From: the human T2T-CHM13v2.0 reference genome, Homo sapiens
Strand: one strand, 5' to 3'
Length of the DNA stretch: 64,000 nt
Assembly (NCBI RefSeq): GCF_009914755.1
Contig: NC_060925.1
In this document: in pieces, positions 52,280-64,000 of the stretch
How positions within the stretch are numbered: the first letter of the stretch is position 1
Layout: every line of letters begins with the position of its first letter
Notes under the pieces: generated by a model
What the model was told of the DNA's origin: nothing
The model's database searches: none
Seen by the model: only the letters and a program-made list of their open reading frames with translations
Position numbers and translations under genes: made by a program

Positions 52280-53878
52280 TTAAGAGCATCAGAAAGTATG
52301 CACGTAGACAGCTTTTATGTATTCTAATGATGCTGAAATTATTTCAAGGATAACTCCGTGTGTGGAACAACTGGTGAGGTTTGGGGGTGGCACCTCCTGA
52401 TTTGGGAAAGCACCAGGTCCCACAGTCCTGTGGCTGTGGAATACAGAAACAAGGCGGTGTGTGGATGAAGAGTTAGTCAACAAATGCCATTCCGTAATGA
52501 ACGATTTTAGAAACCACAAGTGAGTTTCATGTTTGCTAGTAAAGGTGTGTCTATGGCAGTATTAGTAACAGCTATTATTCTGATGGAATGCTTACAATAT
52601 TGCAGGGACTGTACCAAGTGCTTTGTAAATATCTCACTTAAATCTCACAGTAATGCTGTGAGGTAGGAACTATTTCCCTCTTAACAATTGAGGAACAAAC
52701 GAAGAGTTAAAAAACTTGTTCCAGGTCACAGGGCTGGTAAATGAAGAGGAGGGATTAAAGACTCCCAAGCTCAAGTTCTTAACCACTAGACTATTTCCTA
52801 GCTACGTGAATTGGTTTCTATTTCCAGCAATGTAGCAGAACACAGAGAGAAACTCATTCAATGTTTTGACAACACAAAAATGTTGGATAAAATTAAAAAC
52901 CTTTATAAAGCATGGCTCAACTCCGTGATCAAAGAAGAAACAGGGTAGGAGAAAGCGCTGAGTCAGCCTGTGCCTTGAAGGCAGCTGCTGATCCTTGGGT
53001 TTGGAAGGCCAAGCCCAGGGTCAGGAGACTAATGGGAGACTGACACAGAGCTAGGATCTCTGAGGGGCCACAGCCTCAGGGGTGATAAAACAAAACACAC
53101 TCAGCTTGTCTGTCTCAGTCTTGCCCCTCAGTGGGATGGAAAGGAGTCTCTCTCCCCTCAGTGCCTACCCACAGCTTGCACTTAGGTAGGTCTGGGGCTG
53201 GTAGTCAGTCTGTGTAAGCCCAACAGTTCCAAGCCAAAAATCTGAAGTATTCATAGATGGTAGTATTCCTAGATGCATGGCAGAAAAAAATGTAAATATG
53301 TAAATCCTCTCTGTAGGAATGCATTTTAAATAGAGGACTCAGTTTCCAAAGACATGAGATGGTCACAAAAAAAAAAAAAAAAAAAAGACCGCATCAGAAA
53401 ACAAGCGCCATGAACAACAGTTGTAGAAACAACAAACTGCAAAATCAGACCCAGCAAAGACTACAGATCCCAGAATTACCAGATACAAAAAAGAATTATA
53501 TTCAAAGATGAGACAAAGTACAGCAAAGGAATCAGACTATCAAAGTGGACCATGTAGATGTGGGTTGATTTCTTGTCCTGGACTGAGAGCTGCTCTGGGA
53601 CCCCAGCTCTATGCAGGGCTTCTAACTGACAGACACTGCATGTGCCTTCTGTCCCCTGCACCTTCGATGGCCAAAGTGGAAGCTGCAAGAATCCAGAACA
53701 GAAATCTCTGAAGCTAAAGCCAGCTTTGTGCTTGATTTCTTCCCAGGGCTCTAGTTTCCATTTTGGTCTCTGCAGATTCATTTTTTTTTCTGGTTCAGCA
53801 ATACTGTGTTTTAAATGATGTCTTATATTTCATGCAGTGTCTTATTTTTATCGGTCAGAAGGGTTGAAGGATCCTTAG

Positions 53879-54112
<234 letters not shown>

Positions 54113-54382
54113 TAGCCAGGATGGTCTCCATCTCCTGACCTCATGATCTGCCCGCCTCGGCCTTCTGTTGTTAAGTTTTAAAGCTGCAAATAATTTCTGA
54201 TCAAATCTATGGAAACTGAGTTTTTTTGTAGGCAGGGGAACGTTGATTTATAACCTTTTGCTTTAAACTCAGAAAAATACTGTATGAGAAATAACCTAGT
54301 GGATTATTGTGAATTAAAGCAACAGCATAACTATTATGGTAGAAGATCCTCATTCTTTCTGCCCATGGTGTGATAAACATTA

Positions 54383-54922
<540 letters not shown>

Positions 54923-54981
54923 TATATAGAAATCCACCTCCTCAACTCTTAAGAACCCTGAGGCCATCCCCAAAGACTTAC

Positions 54982-55038
54982 CTGGTATCTTTTAGGTCCT
55001 ATGGCAGCCATCCAGATGCCCATGCTTACATCTTCACC
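54982..55038 (-). CDS. B3GALNT2: B3GALNT2 exon (GEDVSMGIWMAAIGPKRYQ); GT31 EDVxxG motif
   Basis: tatag|GGT acceptor; CAG|gtaagt donor; 57 nt. Confidence 0.95.
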
Positions 55039-56047
55039 CTATACATGGCCCATAAAGTTTAAATGTAAAAATTTTAATGCTATTTTATTTGTAAAGACAA
55101 AACCATAGCCACTCCCATCATAAACCACCTTTCTACTTTTTTGCTCTGTTATTATTCTAATATGAAATAGCAAAAATGGGTTCACATGAAGTCAAAGCTA
55201 GTGGTCTTTAATATGAAGCACCCCTGCCACAAGGTAATAAGATGAAACCGCGAGCAGACGACCCATCCTTCTCATGTACCTTAAGCTTCCAGGAAGCACT
55301 TAGGGCTTCCTCCTTAGGAATAAAAATCTTTCTATTCCTCCAGGGACTATACTTTTTTTTTTTTTGAGACAGAGTGTCCCTCTGTCGCCCAGGCTGGCAT
55401 GCAGTGGCGCAATCTCAGCTCACTGCAAACTCCGCCTCCGGGTTCACATGATTCTCCTCCTCAGCCTCCCAAGTAGTTGGGAATATAGGTGTGCGCCCAG
55501 CTAATTTTTTGTATTTTTAGTAGAGATAGGGTTCTGCCATGTTGGCCAGGCTGGTTTTGAACTCCTAACCTCACGTGATCTGCCTGCCTTGGCGTCCGAA
55601 AGTGCTACAATTACAGGCATGAGCCACAGTGCCCAGCCTCCAGGGATGACACCTGTAAATACTAGCTGAAAACATAATAAGTAGGCTCAAAAAAGATTTA
55701 GGAATAGAATTTAAAGGCAAGATTTGAGGGATGTAGGGGTGCATCCTTAACCTTTGAGAGGTGATTCCTATACAGAGAATAACGTGCTTTTCCCCAAGGT
55801 AAGTGGGTTCTGCTTTCCATGATGGGATGCCGAGTGAGATGAAACTTGGTGTGATGAGTGTATACGTAGGTGGGAAATCCTTAATTTTTTGTTTTTATTT
55901 TATTTTTTATTATAGAGATGGGGTCTTGCTATGTTACCCAGGCTGGTCTTGAATTCCTGGGCTCAAGTGATCTACCCGCCTTAGCCTCCCAAAGTGTTGT
56001 GATTACTGGCAAGAGCCACCACGCCAAGCTAAGAAATTCTTAATTAC

Positions 56048-56207
56048 CTGATAGGTCTTTAACCTCCCCGAGTTGCTTGCCAGCCACTTGACGATGTCCT
56101 TGGAGATCACATATCCTGACCCACATGCAAAGGCAGGGTAAGCGGGGCTCGGGTACTCCAACTCCTGCCACTTTCCGGTTCGGTCAACTGCCCAATTCAG
56201 TCTGAAA
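56048..56207 (-). CDS. B3GALNT2: B3GALNT2 exon ((N)[53 protein letters not shown])
   Basis: ctcag|T acceptor; CAG|gtaatt donor; 160 nt; GT31 YPxxxxGxGY motif. Confidence 0.96.
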
Positions 56208-56349
56208 CTGAGATGAAAAATAATGTGGCCTCTTGTGTTAGTCTGACACATATCCTGCCACTATTAAAACTTGACTCCTTTATCATCACTACAAAGGAAT
56301 AAGCTTGTAGAAGTGAGGAAAGAAAATAAGAAAATTTCTTTTTTTTTGA

Positions 56350-56644
<295 letters not shown>

Positions 56645-57449
56645 TAATCTAAGGAAAGGAATTATCATTTATCCAGTGTTGTTTTAGATAAAAGATTGGT
56701 TATGTTAAATTTTCTCAAAGTTGCATTTGTAGAGTTTCTGAATGAAAAGCACTAGAAGATCACCCTGTGTTTTAGTATATATGAAAACAAAAAACCAAAT
56801 CACTAATCCATATTGTATTCCTGAGGAAGCACAGAAAATGGTTTCAGAGACGTGTCACAAACGTACTCTAACAAAATATACAGTAGCTTCTAATGTGAAT
56901 ACCATTTATTTCTTTGGCATAAGAATAAAAGCCATATTGTTTTCCCTCCTTTACTACATTAGCCTGAGGCTTTTCATTTAAAAAATAATTTCCTCCAATT
57001 GTACAGTAATATAAAATTTATTATTATTATTAAGACAGGGTCTCCCTCTGTTGCCCAGGCTGGAGTGCAGTTGCAAAATCATAGCTCACTGCAGCCTCCA
57101 ACTCCTGGGCTCAAGCAGTCTCCCTGCCTCAGCCTCTCAAGTAGCTAAGGGCTACAGGCTCACATCACCTTTTTAATTTTTTGTAGGGACAGGGTCTTGC
57201 AACGTTGCCCAGGCTAGTTTTGAACTCTTGGCCTCAAAGGATCCTCCCACCTCAGCCTTCCCAAAACTCTGGGATGACAGATGTGAGCCAGCATGACTGA
57301 CCTAGAGTAATGAAATATATATAAACCCAGGAGTCTAGTACGAAATTGTATATCTCAACCACATTTTCAAAAAAAAAAGATATTTTATGCTTTATTAATT
57401 ACATTTGATCAGGTACACGAATGCCAATGGGCTAAGAATGGTTAACTTA

Positions 57450-57602
<153 letters not shown>

Positions 57603-60489
57603 TCAGTGCGACCAAACAAACAAACACCAATGCAGTGGCGTCACTAACACTTTCATTCAAAACTGTACCTGTCATTATCTAAATTTCTTATTCCTCAAAT
57701 GTTGAGAACATTTGCTCTAACAAAATTTTGCTGCTATCAACTAAGGCCATCACTTGGTCTTTACTAAATGGCATAACACAGAGAAGTACTAACCTGATTT
57801 TAAAAGGCAAAGAAAGAGCATATTGAAGGAAAATATCTGGCTTAAATGGAACATATGTTCAAACAAATGCTTCTTAGGCATCATTCAACTCCTGCTGCCA
57901 AATCTATTAAACGCCTGAACCTTGCCCCGTGTGTTCTTAATAACAAAGGCCCAGCATAATGAATTAGGTGTTACATCTGGGCCTCTCACACAGAACGCTA
58001 TTGTACAAGATGCATCCGATGCTATTTATATTACACTCAAAATATTTTATGGCTTAAAAAAACCTGACTTATTACATTGAAACATATTTTCCCTTGGAAA
58101 CAACTTCTAGCAATTAAACCATTATAAATGACCTTCTGGAAGGCAAAGGATAGTGACTTCATTATCTAGACGTAAAATATATAATCATGACTAAAGACAA
58201 AATTGACTCCTTCATTTCACATTGACAGTCCCTGTACATCTGTTTAAAAATGCAGTTTTGCTAGGGTGCCAGTCATATGTCAGAAATCTCAATAAAATAA
58301 ATTTAGAATTTCATTAGGTCCAAGAATGGTGAATTTAACAATAATGGGTCCACACCAAATAGCATCACCCCATGTTTCTAAAGTTTATTTCCAATTAACA
58401 GCAGAAGGCATACATAATATTTGCTAATTAGAAATTTCATGATAAAGAATATTTAGGTCACTGATAACTGAAATAATGAGGAAGAAATAATGAAACTCAT
58501 TTGTAGTGTGGAGATGGGTGATGCCAGCTATGGGGACGCAGGTCCCAGATCAGAGTCCTGTTGAAGGTTACTGCAGCGATCCAGGGAGAGAAGGTGGCAG
58601 CCAACAATAGCGGCAGCGGAGACTAAGGGAGAGGCTAAGATACTTCCACGCCTAGGAAATATCTTGCTCTAAAGAGTATCCGGGGCTGACTCTTAGCCCT
58701 GACTTCCCACCCTTGGGACTTCCATGCCCATTCCTCATCTCAGCCTCACCTACAATTGCAACTCTCATTTGCGGCCCCAAATTAAAAGGAGGTTCTTTTT
58801 CTTACTACAGCTGCCTAAACTTAACCTAGTATTCGACACACCCAGATTTCCAACCCTCATTTACCTCTGCTCTCTACTCACAGGATGAGTCCCAAATTAT
58901 ATTAATTTGCCCCAGCAGGCCAGGTGTGGTGGCTCACGCCTATAATCCCAGCACTTTGGGAGGCCAAGGCAGGAAGACTGCTTGAGACCTCATTTCTATT
59001 AAAAAATAAATAAATAAATAAATAAATAATTTGCCCCAGCTAAGAAACATTACCTTCCATAAACCAATTAGACCATCTACCCCTCAGGACCAGGGAACTG
59101 TATCCGTAAAGTACTGTTCTTGGTAACTTCCCACTCTGCCTAGGGCAACAGAGAAGAAAAGAAAGAGACAGACCCTGGGCCTCACACCAAGGAACAGAAG
59201 AAGGTTTTTAAAAATAAAAGTGAAAAAAATAAAAAGTGAATACCCTTTATAGGTTTGGCCTAATCAGAGATAGGTTTGAAAGTTTTGGCTCCATGGTCAG
59301 GACAGACAGTACCAGGAAACTCAACATAAAATTTTGAGATCCTAGAGTAACTAATAATTCTAATAACTATACGTTAAGATTATATAGATATATAATATGT
59401 ATGTTACTATTATTATATATTGTTGCTGTTATTCTTGTTATAAAAGTAGGAATTAAAAGTAAGTTCCAAGAAACACTGGAGGGTCTGGGAAATTATAAAT
59501 ATGATAGATTCTGGGAGTTGTGGAATTTTAGTAAGCCAGCCACGTAAGAGTTTTAGAATCAGGGAGGTAGTTTTTAAACGGATGGAGTAGAGACTGGAAG
59601 TATAAAGTGGATATTCAGTAGAAGAGAATGCCTATCAGTAACCTAAATGTGAGTGACTATAACTGGGGAATCTGGGTAGGTGGGTATAAATACAACTAAA
59701 AATGGACCATTCCCAAACTCACTGATTTTTATCTAATGCTGGCTTGAGACAACCGAGGCAAGCAGAAATGACTCAAAATGAATCAACTTTTTTTTTTTTT
59801 TTCTTTTTTTTTGAGACGGAGTCTCACTCTGCTGCCCAGGCTGGAGTGCAGTGGTGTGATCTTGGCTCACTGCAACCTCCGCCTTCTGGGTTCAAGTGAT
59901 TTTCATGCCTCAGCCCCCCTGAGTGGCTGGCATTATAGGCGCTCGCCACCACACTTGGCTAATTTTTGTATTTTTAGTAGAAACAGGGTTTCACCATGTT
60001 GGCCAGGCTGGTCTCAGACTCCAGATCTCAAGTGATCTGCCTGCCTTGGCTTCCCAAAGTGCTGCCGGCAGGCATAAGCCACCAGCCAATTTTTGCCGTG
60101 TTTTTGATAGGTTAATATCACATTGTGGATCTTTATCAAAATAAAGTGGCAGCATCTTAGAAGCTCAGTTTTCGCAAGGAACTGGGATACAATAGGTCAT
60201 ATCCCAGGTGCTCAGTGTCCTTAGGTTTGTTTTTATTTGCTGAAATCTCAGTGGTTTGAAGTTGATAAATTGTCTCGATAGCAAAAGAACAATAAGGCAC
60301 AGTGTCATGTGCCTGTAATCTTACCTACTCAGGAGGCTAAGGCAGGAGGTTTGCCTGCACTCAGGAGTTCAAGACCAGCCTAGGAAACCCCTAGTAAGGG
60401 GTTTCCTTACAGCCTAGTAAGACCCCATCTCAAAAAAAAAAAAACTAACAATAAAACAAGTTCTAGCTACCCAACATTTTTACAACCTA

Positions 60490-60726
<237 letters not shown>

Positions 60727-61613
60727 TCAGAACTGATGATGTACACTAAAGTTCTTTTCCCAAGGTAACCCAGCAGAAACACATGCAGTTGTTTGGAACT
60801 TTAGGTAGAAAAATGGGAACTCTCATACACTGCCAGTAGGATTAAGTGGATGCTCCCACTCTGGAAAGCAATTTGGCAATATCTATTTAGGCTGAAAATG
60901 TGTACACCTTATGGTTCAGTTGAGGCCACTTGTAGATATATCCCTACTAACATTATTTCACATGAGGATATTAATTACAGCATTGTTTGTAATTGTGGAA
61001 GAAAAATGGGACCAACCTAAATGTCCACTGAGAGAAAAAAAAAAAACAGCCAAGTTGTGGTATATTCACATAATGAAATATAGCAGTTAAAAAAATTACC
61101 CTGATCTTGCATGTTAAAAGGATTGGGATGAAAAAATAAAGTTGAGTGAAAATTGCCAAGTGATAAATACAATATGACACCACAGATATCAATTATAAAA
61201 CACTCAAAACTATGTTATTTAAAGACATGGTCAGGCGTGGTGGCTTATGCCTGTAATCCCAGCACTCCGTGAAGCCGAGGGAGGAGAATCGCTTAAGCCC
61301 AGGAGTTTGAGATCACTCTAGGTTATATAGGGAGACCCCATCTCTAAATAAAATTTAAAAATTAGCCAGGCATAGTGGTGCATGCCTCTGGTCCCAGCTT
61401 CTTGGGAGGCCAAGGCAGGAGGATCCCTGGAGCCCAGGAGTTCAAGGCTGCAGTGAGCTATGATTACACCACTGAACTCCATCCAGCCTAGGCAACACAG
61501 CGAGACCCTGTCTCAAATAAATAAATAAATAAAGAGACGTAAATATGTTCAAAGTAGAAAAATAAGAATGGGAAGGGTACACATGAATTTTAGGGAAGTG
61601 GCACCCCCTTTGA

Positions 61614-61907
<294 letters not shown>

Positions 61908-63384
61908 TGACCTCAAATGATCCACCTGCCTCAGCCTCCCAAAGTGCTGGGATTACAGGCGTGAGCCACTGCACCAGGCATATAATGTTTTCTTTCTTTC
62001 CTCTCTTTTTCTTTTTTGTTTTTGAGACACAGTCTCACTCTGTTGCACAGACTGGAGTACAATGGCACGATCTCAGCTCACTGTAATCTCCACCTCCCGG
62101 GTTCAAGCATTCTCCTGTCTCAGCCTCCCTCATGAGTAGCTGGGATTACAGGCGCCTGCCACTGTGCCCAGCTAATTGTTTGTATTTTTACAAACAATTG
62201 TAAAAATTGTTTGTAACAAGAGGCAGGGTTTTGCCATGTTGGCCAGGCTGGTCTCGAACTCCTAACCTCAGGTGATCCACCTGCCTCAGCCTCCCAAAGT
62301 GCTAAGATTACAGGCATGAGCGACTGTGCCTGGCCATGTTTTATTTAAAAAAAAAAAAAAAAAATTAGAAATGAATAAGAAAAAATGTAAATAAAAAATT
62401 GTTAATTCTGAGCACTGGGTACCTGGCTGTTTCTGTACTATTTCTGGTGTATTTATGATTATTTCCTTTGTTTTTTTTTTTTTGAGACAGGGTCTTGTTC
62501 TATCACCCGGGCTAGAATGCAGTGGTGTAATTATAGCTTACTGCAGCCTCAACTTCCTGGGCTCAAGTGATCCTCCCACCTCAGCTTCCCAAGTAGCTGG
62601 TACTCCCGGCACCTGTCACCATACCCAGGAAATTTTCAAGTTTTTTGTAGAGATGGGGTCTCGCTATGTTGTCCAGGCTGGTCTCTAAATCCTGGGCTCA
62701 AGAGATCCTCTTGCCTCCCAAGTTTCTGGGAGCCTCCCAAAGTTCTGGGACTACAGGCGAGAGCCACTATGCCTGGCCATGATATTTCATAATAAAAATG
62801 ATTACTAATGTGCTTAAAAGACAATTTATTTGCCACTTCACAAGTTAATGAGTCACTTGTCACGTGTGCAGGGACTGTCCCCAGATCCTACTGATTTAAG
62901 GCAATTCTTTCGCTGTGGCAGGAGACGTCAGGATTTCCTAAAAATGTCTCAATCAAATTAAAGAAAAATTTTGAAAAATACAAAGAAAATGAGCTGCTGA
63001 GGGTGGCAAAGGAAATGAAATACAATTTAGCACTGCACTCTTTGTCACTGCAAATGGAAAGGATGAGGTGGGAAGCTGAAGGCCTATATCTGACTTCTGC
63101 CTCTCATGACTTGTGAGATACTGGACAAGTTCTGTTGTCTCTAGACCACAGCAGTCTCACCTGTAGAAAATGGTGCTGGATTCAATCAGTGATTCTTGGG
63201 AATGCTTGCTGAAATGCAGATTCCTGGGCCCCAAGCCTAAAGATTCAGTAGGTCTGGGGTGGAGCCCAGGAATCTATTTTTTTTCCTTCTGCACCTGCTC
63301 CCAGGAATCTATATTTTTAATGGCCACTGCTGCGACCCTGATGCAGGTAGGCAGAACACAGACCAGCCTTTGAGAAACACAGGG

Positions 63385-64000
<616 letters not shown>

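Noticed and set aside
52820-53800. Possible novel exon or ORF (53476-53781) in the last B3GALNT2 intron
   Set aside because: It has no recognisable protein similarity, and the A-rich stretch looks like a decayed old LINE fragment; I cannot support a coding call.

Overview
This is a primate (almost certainly human) gene-dense, Alu-rich window of the TBCE/B3GALNT2 locus. The + strand carries TBCE coding exons 4-17 (16315-50656; numbering assumes the canonical 17-exon transcript), covering the end of the CAP-Gly domain, the LRR domain and the C-terminal ubiquitin-like domain. The - strand carries the last five coding exons of B3GALNT2 (60674 down to the stop at 52100), so the two genes converge tail-to-tail with probably overlapping 3' ends. 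The introns hold about 80 Alus (counted by eye), several DNA-transposon fossils, LTRs and L1/L2 fragments. The highlights are: (1) a MER41A-type endogenous retrovirus copy (11124-13185, - strand) with RNA rather than proviral architecture, i.e. an apparently spliced ERV transcript retrocopied by LINE-1; (2) an Alu-split RPS21 processed pseudogene in TBCE intron 7 that can supply an in-frame 51-codon cassette exon; (3) a U12-type minor intron in TBCE (21444-29023) with built-in U2 escape routes; (4) a ~510-bp polypyrimidine/polypurine tract grown out of an Alu tail. Repeat family names come from my memory of consensus sequences and were not checked by any search. There are no prokaryotic-type systems, tRNA/rRNA genes or CRISPR arrays.
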